In this document: piece by piece, positions 10,872 through 20,528 of the stretch
How positions within the stretch are numbered: the stretch's first letter is position 1
How the letters are laid out: each line of letters begins with the position of its first letter
NCBI GenBank assembly: GCA_010093745.1
Contig: MU005996.1
Location: 124,001-154,780 of the forward strand
Source: Piedraia hortae CBS 480.64
Lineage: Eukaryota
Length of the DNA: 30,780 nucleotides
Direction: 5' to 3'
Notes under the pieces: model-generated
Databases searched by the model: none
Seen by the model: only the letters and a program-made list of their open reading frames with translations
Told to the model about the DNA's origin: nothing
Translations under genes and position numbers: made by a program

Positions 10872-13800
10872 CTACCCAAACCGTCCCTCCCTCAAAGGAC
10901 TAACCTCCATCTTCCTCTGCCTAAGCCCCTTCCTCCACCACTTGTCCCCACGCGGTTCCATCTCAAACGCAGCTTCCACATCCCCCCTCCCCCTGCTGCT
11001 GACCCTCCTGACCATCCACCGCGGCACAAAACGCGCACAAACCCCATCGGGAATGAGCCTAATCCCCACCCCTACAGGCAGAACCAATACCCCCAGCAAA
11101 ATAACAATAACCCACTCCCCAGCCGTGAGGGAACGATACCCAACCCCCTCCGTTCTCTTTCCACGCGAGAAAATCCCATATCTCGTGAAAAAAAGTGTGC
11201 AGAGGAGGTAGAGGAACCTCCACCCCTTGCGCATCCCCTGGAAAATGTTGAGTTTATTGTCCACCCGGCGACAGTTTAGTGAGCTGAACATTTGCATAAA
11301 CAGCATTGTCGCGAAGACGAAGGTGTCCGTGTTGTAAACTTCCTCGTAGTCGTAGTTGTAGGTGTTAGAGTTGACTTTGCGTTGGATGGATTTGTTGAAA
11401 GCGTAGAGGACAAGGATGGCGGTGAGCTGGTAGATTGTTTGACCGATGATCATCTTCCACATTGCGATTTTGTTGAGGGTGAAGTTTATGGGGGAGAGAG
11501 GTGGTTCTTTGCCTAGCGCTTGGGCCACGATTGCGCCGACGCCTAGTGTGAGCCAGTAGACGTGGAAGATTGTGAGAAGGCATGAGTTATTTCCATTTGC
11601 GACTGATGTGACGAAGATGACTGTTGCTGTAATGATGGTGTTTGGGATTTGGAATTGGAGAATTTTCGGGGCTGCTTCGCGGAGAGATCGGTAGGAGGTG
11701 AAGGTTCGGGAGATGTAGCTGAATGAGTCGAGTCTCATTTCGAAATCGGCGGCTTCTTTGACGATTTCGCTGGCCCAGATCGGCGCATAGCCCACGTCAG
11801 CAGATTTTACGGCGATGGCGTCGTCAGCATCACTACCGGTTATGGCCACCGTCTCGCCTAGTTCTTTGAGGCGTTCTACGATGACGTGCTTGTCCTTAGG
11901 TCGACATTCGGCTAGCACTTGCAGGGTTGGCAAAACTGTAAGCTGGTCTGGACGACTGAGTTGATAAAAGTCTGACCCCTTCATGGCCTTGCCGTCAGTG
12001 TAAATGCCACATTCTTTCGCAACGGCTTTGGCTGTGTGAATATTGTCCCCGGTCACCATGCGCACGGATAGGTCCAGTTTCTTGCAGTCCTTGACTCCGG
12101 TTACAGAACCGCCTCGCACGGGGTTGAGTATTCCCATCACAGCTAAGAAGGTCAGTCCCCCCGTGACTATCTCCTCTCCGGGCCAGGTCTCAAAGTCGCG
12201 AAAGGCAAAGGAAATGGTTTTCAGAGTGGAATCGCCATAGCCAGCAATCCTGTCTTGCAACGACTTCCTGTCGTCTGCCGTGAGGTCAATGGGGTTGATC
12301 CCCACTGTGGGATTCACCGTCGAGGAACACATGGCTAGGATGATGTCACTTGCTCCCTTGACCAAAAGACGATATCCATGACCACCCTTGTGCTTGATGA
12401 TTGTGCTCATAAACTTGTCCTTTGGGTTGAAACGGTTCACCTGCAGCACTCGCACATCCCGTCCTGAGTCGATGCTTTTCACCCCAAGACGTGATTGTGC
12501 AAATTGCAGCAGTGGCACCTCAATCCGGAGCCCATTTGAGGCTGTCCTTATCTTTTGGGTCGGCTCAACGGTAGAATTAACGACGATGCTGTCTCGCCAC
12601 AGGGCAAGGACACTCTGGGCCAACGTGCTAACTAGCCCAGGTATCTTTGTCCCGTCAAACTCGGCACCGCTGTCCTTGAACAAGCCAGCAGTCCTAATGC
12701 AGCCTGTCACGACAGACATTTGCTCCTTTGTGAGAATGCCAGTCTTTCCCGTACATACACTTGTAATGGTGGCAATGGTTTCCCGCGTGCTGGGCAGCTC
12801 GCCAGCTCCATAATGAATAATCGGTTTATACCAGCTCCGATTTCTCACCGTGCCAAGAGCACTATTCGTGGCATTGAGCACTATCCACAAGTAAGGATCT
12901 GGTATGGCGGCGGCCAGCAATATGGCAGCTGAATGGAGTGTTTGATATATCACGAACTTAGAATGTCTGGAACGAACCGCAAACTTGACGAGCAAGGTAA
13001 TCAACAGCAGCAAAGCTACGGCGATTATGACTCGGGTATTGAGCAATGAAGCCCTCTTGATCCGCTCAACCAAAGGCACAGGTGGCCTGTCTCTTCGTCG
13101 ACGAGGGTTTTTGCGAGAAGCATTGGTACGAACGCCAACAGCAGTAACGAGCATGTATCCGAAGCCGTCAGTGACCTTTGACCCAGAAAACAAGAAAGGA
13201 TCCCTTAGGTTTGAAGTCTCAACCGCAGGCGTCTTTGCAACGAGACCCCATTGGCCTATCGCTTCGTATTCGTCGCAGACGACACCAGAGCCGCTGATAT
13301 AGATCCCATCGACGGGAAGTACATCACCACGTCCCACAGCCATAACATCTCCCACCAGAGCATCATTGATGTCAATTGGCTGCAGTCTACCTGCCCGAAC
13401 AACGCGGGCCTCCTTCTGAACTGGCACCGGAAGCTTGTAGATGCGGCGCCAGATGTAGACCGACTCGAACAAGGCAATGAGAAACATGAATACCAAGACG
13501 AAATTGACTGGGGCCCAAATTGCATCCTCTAAGTCGAGCTCATACGACAAGCTCTTCGCGACCGTAAACCATGCTGCAGTGGCGACAAGAATGACAACAA
13601 AGGCGATGCGGTACCAATTCAGAGAAGCCAGCCAAAAGCAGTAGAGCCACTGCCTCCACCTGAAACCCTTCCTCTTGTTGCTTCCGAAGACGCGCTTCCG
13701 AGCGCTGTTGACGCTTGTATCTAGCCCATGCTTCCGACTTGTCTTCAACCCCTTCTCCAGACCGTAGAGGCCGCCAAGATTTTTAAAGGCGTCAAGATCT

Positions 13801-14159
13801 TTATTTGGGGACATCAATCGCGTAAGTTGGACCGGGGCAAAGCCGAATGGTTTGAATTTCTTGGGGGCAGGGAGCGACTCGTAATCTTGTCCATTCTGCT
13901 CGTGGACGCCATATATCTGCGAAGTCGACGTGTTCCGCAAGTCGGATATGGCGCTGGATATGGAATTGATAGACGATGTTCGGTCTGACGAGTGAGCCGT
14001 GGCAGGCGAGAGGTGTGAAGGATCATTGGGAAGGTCGTTCAGAGGAGATAGCAAAGGACGTGTGATTCCCAGATGGGGACTCTGCGAATCGCCATTGTCA
14101 CGTATCTGATACGGGTTCTGATTTGCACTGGGCAACGGTCTTGTCGGGATGCCGTCCAT
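10872..14159 (-). CDS. P2B (PMC1/PMCA-like) Ca2+-ATPase homolog with degenerate catalytic motifs
   Basis: Uninterrupted ORF, first in-frame ATG at 14159 (~1095 aa). PMC-type features: LGGLYGLEKGLKT, RKRVFGSN, GDVLPVDG, DPFLFSGSKVTDG.G.MLVTAVG, KGASDIIL, MVTGDNIHTAKAVAKECGI, LQFQ, MWKMIIGQTIYQL and NCRRVDNKLNIF. Catalytic motifs are altered (see findings). Confidence 0.92.
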   Translation of the reverse strand: MDGIPTRPLPSANQNPYQIRDNGDSQSPHLGITRPLLSPLNDLPNDPSHLSPATAHSSDRTSSINSISSAISDLRNTSTSQIYGVHEQNGQDYESLPAPKKFKPFGFAPVQLTRLMSPNKDLDAFKNLGGLYGLEKGLKTSRKHGLDTSVNSARKRVFGSNKRKGFRWRQWLYCFWLASLNWYRIAFVVILVATAAWFTVAKSLSYELDLEDAIWAPVNFVLVFMFLIALFESVYIWRRIYKLPVPVQKEARVVRAGRLQPIDINDALVGDVMAVGRGDVLPVDGIYISGSGVVCDEYEAIGQWGLVAKTPAVETSNLRDPFLFSGSKVTDGFGYMLVTAVGVRTNASRKNPRRRRDRPPVPLVERIKRASLLNTRVIIAVALLLLITLLVKFAVRSRHSKFVIYQTLHSAAILLAAAIPDPYLWIVLNATNSALGTVRNRSWYKPIIHYGAGELPSTRETIATITSVCTGKTGILTKEQMSVVTGCIRTAGLFKDSGAEFDGTKIPGLVSTLAQSVLALWRDSIVVNSTVEPTQKIRTASNGLRIEVPLLQFAQSRLGVKSIDSGRDVRVLQVNRFNPKDKFMSTIIKHKGGHGYRLLVKGASDIILAMCSSTVNPTVGINPIDLTADDRKSLQDRIAGYGDSTLKTISFAFRDFETWPGEEIVTGGLTFLAVMGILNPVRGGSVTGVKDCKKLDLSVRMVTGDNIHTAKAVAKECGIYTDGKAMKGSDFYQLSRPDQLTVLPTLQVLAECRPKDKHVIVERLKELGETVAITGSDADDAIAVKSADVGYAPIWASEIVKEAADFEMRLDSFSYISRTFTSYRSLREAAPKILQFQIPNTIITATVIFVTSVANGNNSCLLTIFHVYWLTLGVGAIVAQALGKEPPLSPINFTLNKIAMWKMIIGQTIYQLTAILVLYAFNKSIQRKVNSNTYNYDYEEVYNTDTFVFATMLFMQMFSSLNCRRVDNKLNIFQGMRKGWRFLYLLCTLFFTRYGIFSRGKRTEGVGYRSLTAGEWVIVILLGVLVLPVGVGIRLIPDGVCARFVPRWMVRRVSSRGRGDVEAAFEMEPRGDKWWRKGLRQRKMEVSPLREGRFG

Positions 14160-14613
14160 TTGCGCCTGCAACGGATCGCTGAGACATGTTGCTAGCTATA
14201 AGTAGATGAGGGCCATCCAAGCCCCCTGGGGCAGACAAAAGAAAGGTGCATGCAGAAGGATTCATACTGTCCAATAGAAATATGCAAGAGGGGAAGTAAA
14301 AGGGCCATAAAATCGCACAAGGCTGACAGCCTGGTTTACATTAGCAGCATGACACCTGCACGAACGCACTAAGGCACTCGTGCAAGGTCGATGCCATGAT
14401 TAGGGCTACAGGGAGGCTGTGTAGGATGCAAGAGAGCCTATAGACAACAGGGTTAGTGGTTGTGAACTGAGAGGCTGGAGGTTGATGGGCTGATTTGAAG
14501 GCGGGAAATGCCGACCGCATCTATTACATCCACATCATGGGTGACACCTTCCACATGAACACCACTTCCTTAGACCCAAAATGTAGAACTCTTCCACACA
14601 TGCCCACTGAACC

Positions 14614-16183
14614 ATGTCCACCATGTCCTCCATGTCCTGTCCCGATGCCGAAATCCTTGACCTCGGCCCGCAACGTTTCTCGCGTCCGGATAGCCAGGCC
14701 CGCCTCTCGTCATGGCGCTGTAATCTCGTATGCCCATAACCCCTAAACGTTCTTTCATCCAAACCTTACAAACGTATAGATAGCCCTCTCCCAGGTCTAC
14801 AACCTCTTCTTCCTTGCGGCGGGATCAAGCATCAAAGTGTACATACCACAGTATCCGAGACATAGACTCCCGCCTCAACCAGCCTTATCTATCGCTATCC
14901 CACCAACCTCAACGAATCTACAAGGCTACATTAACCTAAGGGAACCACACTCCATTAACCGCATCCTCGTCGCGCCGTTGGGCGTGGAAGAGATCCTAGT
15001 TATCGCGCGCGACGATGGCGATGTCAACTGTATCTACACGCGGCACATTCACCAAAGCGTGCAGGACCACCTGCCCGCTCAGGGAGTCCGGCCGTTTTTC
15101 CAGGTTAATGTCGGCATGAGCGCATGGGGGCTGGCGGTCCATGCCAAGGCGAGACTTCTCGCCATCAGCTCGAACAGACATGAAGTGTTGGTCTTCTCTT
15201 TTGGTCTCGTGGATCATGACGGTAGGATTTTGAGAGATGACAGCACAAAGGTCATCGCCGGATGGACCAATATTCCCTGTGTGGCGTTTTGTAATATGCC
15301 GTACGATGAAGAGGGGAGGTGGTTGCTATTTACTGATGTCTCGGGCGTGTCTTCAGTGGTGGATTTGAGTATGGATCCCCCGCAGGTGGTGCAGAATTTT
15401 GGGTTTGTGCCCGGGAGAATTACTGGGTTCGATAGGTGGAATGCGGGCTGGATTGTTGAGTTTCTCGATCCAAGGTCTTTTATCGTCGGGGATGAGAATG
15501 CTCCGAGCAATCAGACTCCGCCGCCGGCGGTATGGAATCAGGGGGATGAGCTTGAGCGTCCATTTGTGACTGTGAATGATGATACAGGAGAAAATGGCGA
15601 CGAAGTTGAAGATGACGATGAGAGTGAGAACGAGAACGAGAATATCGATAACAATGAAAATGACATTGAGGATGGCGACGGCAACAACAGCGATAATCCA
15701 TCTCTACCAACCCGCACTCGTCCTGTTTATCTTGCGAATCAAGAAAGGATATTGCACCCCGATCTTCCCTGTCCGATTCTACACACCTCGGTGCGCCACA
15801 TCCATATTCTCCCGCCGAACATCAAGTCGGAACCAGTAATCGGGCTTGAACAGCCGTCAAATGGGACCGGAACGCGCCAGCGTTTTAACATGCACGCGTA
15901 CATTCCGCATCTGGGAATTTTGATCGTAGCCTCCCAGACAGGCTCTGCTGCCATCATAGGGCTTTGCAAAGTGGACGGGAGCTTCATGTGTCGACCGCTC
16001 CACACTTTGGACGGTACTGCCAAGAGTTCGAGTCCCACAACGACGCTGCACGGGCTGACAGCGTCGCCGATTCCCAACGCAAGAAAGCGGTGGAGAATCA
16101 TTTTCTTTCTGAGCGACTGGACGGTTCTACGCTACGAGGTGTCGAGGGATTATGGTGAGTTATCGTTTATCCCTGTTCCGTGA
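14614..16183 (+). CDS. CRT10: CRT10 family protein, 2 exons
   Basis: Exon 1 14614..14727 (MSTMSSMSCP...RLSSWRCNL), intron 14728..14779 (GTATGC...TATAG), exon 2 14780..16183 (IALSQVYNLFFLA...). Splicing gives the WRxNLxALS motif. Also PHSINRI, EEILV..DDGDV, SAWGLAVH..RLLAISSN.H.V and NIPCVAF. Confidence 0.85.
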
Positions 16184-16185
16184 TC

Positions 16186-17103
16186 CTATCGCTCTGCACC
16201 GACCGTCGCGTCTCCCTCCACAGTTTCTGCGCACTTCAGCCTTGTTGCGATCTGACCATTGTTGACAAACAGCCTCTCTCCAAATTTCTGATAGGCAGCG
16301 TTGTATTCCTCATCGACAAAATCCACATCGACCCAGTTCTCTAGTTCAGCGTTTGTCAGCATTCTGCGCATGTTGTCTTCAAACTTGTCCCTTTGCGACT
16401 GATCTTGTTTGCGTTCCGGTAGCTTGACTGGGCGGGGCTGCCTTTCTGCTACTTCCTCGCCCCGTTCACGAGCAGCAGCGGCAGCAGCAGACGCGATGCC
16501 CAATGAGTGCTGCTGTGCTAGAGCGTCTACATTGTGAAACTGCGGATTCAGTACTATTGTGCCGTCAACCTGTGTCAAATGTAGCTCATCACCACGAAAT
16601 GCACCGACAAAATATCTTTCTCCTCGTGGCTGTTGCTGGGCAATCCGTCCACCAAGTGTCTGAGACTTGAACACTCTGCCCTCCTCTATAGCAGTCGCGA
16701 AAGATTGTAGGTCGTCTGAGAAGTCGCTTGTTTCCGTAGCTACGAGATTAGTAGATCTCGAACTTGCTCCCGGGCGTGACGCCTTGCCCGTGCCGAGGCC
16801 GTTTGCCATGCCAAAGGTTGCACTGGAGTTTTGCAGTTCCCTTGCGTTGCGCAGCCCGTAGCCGTACTTGAGTGCCTTGAGTTTGTCAAAGTTCTTGTTC
16901 GTGTCGAGTGGAATGTCGACTTCAATGTATTTACTGGTGGGTTTAACACGCATTGCACAAGGAGAGGAGCCATGGGAAAGGTTATATGGCCGCGTGCGTG
17001 AGCGGTTGGGGAAGTGGACGGTGTAGACTCCCTCGTCATTGGTCTGGGACTCTGTTAAATAAACTTCATACTCGGCTACCACCTCGTCCGAGTCTGTGGC
17101 CAT
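16186..17103 (-). CDS. RPC5: RNA polymerase III subunit RPC5 (Rpc37/C37, Sin_N domain)
   Basis: 305 aa with D.VVAEYEVYLT, MRVKP.SKYIEVDIPL, QTLGG, YFVGAFRGDELHLTQVDG...LNPQFHNVDA and AE.ENW. Confidence 0.88.
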   Translation of the reverse strand: MATDSDEVVAEYEVYLTESQTNDEGVYTVHFPNRSRTRPYNLSHGSSPCAMRVKPTSKYIEVDIPLDTNKNFDKLKALKYGYGLRNARELQNSSATFGMANGLGTGKASRPGASSRSTNLVATETSDFSDDLQSFATAIEEGRVFKSQTLGGRIAQQQPRGERYFVGAFRGDELHLTQVDGTIVLNPQFHNVDALAQQHSLGIASAAAAAARERGEEVAERQPRPVKLPERKQDQSQRDKFEDNMRRMLTNAELENWVDVDFVDEEYNAAYQKFGERLFVNNGQIATRLKCAETVEGDATVGAER

Positions 17104-17372
17104 TGTGGTGTGATCTGCAGAAAGGTGACGTCGTGACCATCACGGTGCTGTAAAACTATTTTGGATGCCCCACCTACGTCATGACGGAAGGGTTCCGCGC
17201 ATGCAACCTGCGCCCTGCTGACGCAAAGGCAAGTTCGAATCCATGATAATAGGTAGGCTTTCCCGCTGTAATCCAACTTTAGGAGTCCCATCGCTGCTTC
17301 TGCCGTCGCGGTGACACGTAGAGATACCGGTAGCCGTGGTCGTCCCTTTACCGTAGCAGCTTCCCCGCGACA

Positions 17373-17837
17373 ATGCTGCGACGCACCACCTTTCTCTCGC
17401 GCACTCTGTCTCGCTGCTTAAGCACAACAGCTGCAAGATCTAAGCAGCCGGCACCTCTACCTCGGCTTCCTGACATACCCGAATCGGAAATCACAGAATC
17501 ATTTCTCAAAGGCTCCGGCCCCGGCGGACAAAAGATCAACAAAACATCTTCGGCTGTACAGCTCATACATGAGCCGTCGGGCATTGTTGTAAAATGCCAG
17601 GAGACAAGGTCGCGCGAACTGAATAGAAAGTATGCGAGAAGGCTGCTGGCGGAGAAGTTGGATCTGATGCAGAACGGAGAGCAGAGCAGGGAAAAAGTCA
17701 AGGCCAAAAGAATTCTAGATAAGAAGAAAAGTGCGGAAAAGAAGCGGAGGAGAAAATATAAAAAATTAGAAGAGGAGAAGGAGGCCAAAGCCGAAAAGAA
17801 AGACGAAAAATCTGTAGGAGACCCCACTGCGTCATAA
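17373..17837 (+). CDS. Mitochondrial ribosome-rescue peptidyl-tRNA hydrolase, RF-1 family (C12orf65/Pth3-like)
   Basis: 154 aa with an Arg/Ser/Thr-rich presequence, ESFLKGSGPGGQKINKT, VQLIHEPSGIVVKCQETRSR..NR..AR..L and a basic C-terminal helix. Confidence 0.93.
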   Translation: MLRRTTFLSRTLSRCLSTTAARSKQPAPLPRLPDIPESEITESFLKGSGPGGQKINKTSSAVQLIHEPSGIVVKCQETRSRELNRKYARRLLAEKLDLMQNGEQSREKVKAKRILDKKKSAEKKRRRKYKKLEEEKEAKAEKKDEKSVGDPTAS

Positions 17838-17876
17838 TAGAACTTGTCAAGAGCACGGGTGTCAGACGCTAGAACA

Positions 17877-18548
17877 ATGCCACGCACTCTGCCCTGGGCC
17901 CGGGAGACCCAGCCCAGGCCTAAACCTGCTAAGCGGAAACGTGCTGATAGTCAAGTACAAAAGGAGATCCCGAGGAGCTCCTCCCCTATTCTAGATGCTG
18001 CTCCAGCGGGTCCTCCACCAGTAGAGTACATGCGTCCAGGGGACGAGGAATGGAGGATGGTGGAGGATGAGTTTCTCGCGACCGCCCAAACATTCACCCG
18101 CCACATTCATCATGCGGAATATGAACGCTTAATGCAGAAACACAAACAGCCTATTGGACGCTCAACTGTTGAAAAGCCTGAATCGAAGACAAAGGCCACA
18201 GTCTTGAAGCAGGAATATGAAATTGAGGAGAGCGAATACTTTGATGATCTCCATCTAGCAGGGCTCATGGCAGACGCGCCAAAGAGCGACTTGCACATAA
18301 GGGCAAGGGTGCGGCCCAAGACAAAAGCTGCAGCAGGATATATTCGTTCACAGCCTCAGAAGTACCGGCCGGAAGAGGCTACAGTAAGAGAGGCTGTGGA
18401 AGAGAAAGTAGAAGCGATAGTGGAGGAGGACTCGAGCGAAACCGACGACGGAGATCTGGACTTGACGCCCAGGAAACCTCCCAAATCTCCCAAACAGGCG
18501 AAACCAAACGTTGCACCAACGCTGGACGTTCCAAGATCTCTCCCCTAA
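17877..18548 (+). CDS. Uncharacterised fungal protein (MPRTLPW N-terminus)
   Basis: ATG in good context (ACAATG). The 223-aa ORF has a conserved-looking block EYMRPGDEEWRMVEDEFLATAQTFTRHIHHAEY that I recall from Pezizomycotina hypothetical proteins, an NLS-like PAKRKR, and an acidic patch near the C-terminus. Confidence 0.75.
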   Translation: MPRTLPWARETQPRPKPAKRKRADSQVQKEIPRSSSPILDAAPAGPPPVEYMRPGDEEWRMVEDEFLATAQTFTRHIHHAEYERLMQKHKQPIGRSTVEKPESKTKATVLKQEYEIEESEYFDDLHLAGLMADAPKSDLHIRARVRPKTKAAAGYIRSQPQKYRPEEATVREAVEEKVEAIVEEDSSETDDGDLDLTPRKPPKSPKQAKPNVAPTLDVPRSLP

Positions 18549-18664
18549 TCCCGGCCGCAGATCTACAGTACATAAGCAACGTGACGTAAGGATTCGTTCC
18601 CAGCCTCCGTCGGTGACTGTCCTTTTGTTTCTTCTTCCTCTCCCTGGCACATTTCACATCGATC

Positions 18665-19454
18665 ATGGCAGACCACAGCCAAGAACGACCACTTCATGAG
18701 TAAGTCACTACCCTTATCCAACTAAACCCCACTAACAGACCGAAACAGACTCCTCTCGCGGGACATGGTCGACATCTACGTCGGGCCGGAAAACACGCAC
18801 TGGATCCTGCACGAGAAACTGCTGTGCTACCGGTCACGCTTCTTCCGCAAGATCTTCTACTACGACAACAAAACCGCCAAGTACAAGAACCACACGTATG
18901 GTGTACCTGAGGAGGAAGACGGGCCTTTTCGCCTCTTTGTCGGCTGGCTTTACAGCGAACAAGTCCCGCCCGCGCGCCACGAAGAAGATCTAGCCTGGCT
19001 ATTTGACCTCTATCTCATGGGCGAGAAATGGGAAATCAAATCCCTCCAGCTTGATGTTCTGGAAGCTGTGCGCCAGTACTACCATGACAACGACACCTGG
19101 CCTGAATTGCGTCGCGTGCAGTATATTTACGCCAACACTGCGCCAGAGTCTCCTATGAGGGAGCTGCTGATGCAGTGCGTCGCGCGCATGCTGGTGCTGA
19201 GGGAGGATGGATTGCCTGCGCATTGGGAGAAGGCGCTTAGACACAATGGACCTCTGGCGGTGGATATTATTCTTTGCGTGCAGAAGTGGCATGCGCTGGA
19301 GGCGGACCGCGTGCCCGATGTAAGAGAGGAGAGCGTCATGTCGTTTGTGGATGAGCTGGAACATCGCGCAGAGGTCAAGAAGGAGGATGAGGCCGCGGAG
19401 GCGCCAAAGGACTTGGAACAGGTTAATCAGCAGGATGAGGGGGCAGAGGAGTAG
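18665..19454 (+). CDS. BTB/POZ domain protein, 2 exons
   Basis: Exon 1 18665..18699, intron 18700..18748 (GTAAGT...CTAAC...AAACAG), exon 2 from 18749, giving MADHSQERPLHELLSRDMVDIYVG..W.LHEKLLC.RS.FF, F.LFVGWLY, LYLMGEKW and YIYANT..SPMR.L. Confidence 0.9.
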
Positions 19455-19898
19455 TGGAGCTGTTGAACAGGACGTTGTAATCAGAGTTCATGTAGTGTTG
19501 TTTAAGCATTTTGACGGGAACGCTTGGTCTTTGCTTTCAATTTGCGCGCTATCGGCTGGACGTCAGGCGCGTCAGAAGAGGAATTATACATACAACGGCC
19601 AAGTGCCACTCATCGTGCTCCCCTATCGTCATGGTGTACCCGGCCGTTGACGGTTTCGCCGCAAGTCTAAATCTTCCTCTCCGTGTCAACGCTCTCCCTA
19701 ACCCAAGAGGACAGGGCAAGTCAAAGAACACATGAGCTTTGCAAGACCCTCGATCCCATCACAACACCCCAGCCAATCGATTTTGCACCCACAGCTGCCG
19801 AGAATTCCTGTTTCCACAGTGGTCGACGTTAATGAAGAGATTCTGCAGCTCACACATCGCTCTTAGGACACATTTTGTAGGTCAGTAAGCAGTAAACC

Positions 19899-20159
19899 TC
19901 ATCTTCTCTCCTTCTCCCCATCATTGTTTCCATTCACGACAAATACAACTACCAACACCATCATAAGACTCATCAGGAGTATCGCCGTAATCGCCATCGC
20001 AACACGCTTTCCAAACGGTGAGTGGCTTCGTTGTTGGAAAGGAATGCGAGACAGAGTAGTCTGTGAGGAGCTTGATGACTGCCCGTCATCGTCCTTGTAG
20101 GGATGGATTATCAGTGGATTTTCCTCTTCGTCTTCGAGGTCGGGGTTTGGGCGGGGCAT
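19899..20159 (-). CDS. Putative small single-pass membrane protein (86 aa)
   Basis: ACAATG start, acidic/Ser-rich N-terminus, KR followed by a ~22-residue hydrophobic helix (VAMAITAILLMSLMMVLVVVFVV) and a short charged tail. No recognised family. Confidence 0.5.
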   Translation of the reverse strand: MPRPNPDLEDEEENPLIIHPYKDDDGQSSSSSQTTLSRIPFQQRSHSPFGKRVAMAITAILLMSLMMVLVVVFVVNGNNDGEKERR

Positions 20160-20528
20160 TGTTGCACACCCTGGATGGTGTTTGTCTCCCGGTTAAATGA
20201 TGAATGAGTGAACGGTGGCTTCCTTGGGTGAATAATTGAAGTCTGAGGAAGTGTGATGGGGTTGAATGACAGGTTTGGTTGGGGTTGCCCCCTGGCTTGA
20301 GGTGAATTAGTTGGCTGCCCTTTTGGGCACGAAGAGAAGCTAGTACATGGTGCGACAACCCGAGGGTGGGGATCGGGGCGCCGCGTGGGTGAACGAGAGA
20401 ATTAGGAGAAATGGAGCATCGGGGATGCCATCATGGCGCCGATAGGGAGTTTACGTGGACCGTTAATGGGCCGGTCAAATCGCAACACGACCAACGAGGG
20501 AATCACATGTGCCTTTGTGTGATTGTCA

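Noticed and set aside
12750..12760. GTATGT donor-like site at the ATPase phosphorylation loop that might restore DKTGT by splicing
   Set aside because: No alternative DKTG-coding segment was seen nearby, the frame is collinear with PMC proteins, and the other motifs are degenerate independently.
14495..14746. 83-aa ORF with PCPPCPPCP (metallothionein- or hinge-like)
   Set aside because: An alternative frame of the CCATGTCC repeat in CRT10 exon 1; it starts at TTG.
9088..17837. DUF1640 and C12orf65-like genes close together, as I recall for yeast YLR283W and YLR281C
   Set aside because: Three genes intervene and two-gene proximity can be chance; not supportable without synteny data.
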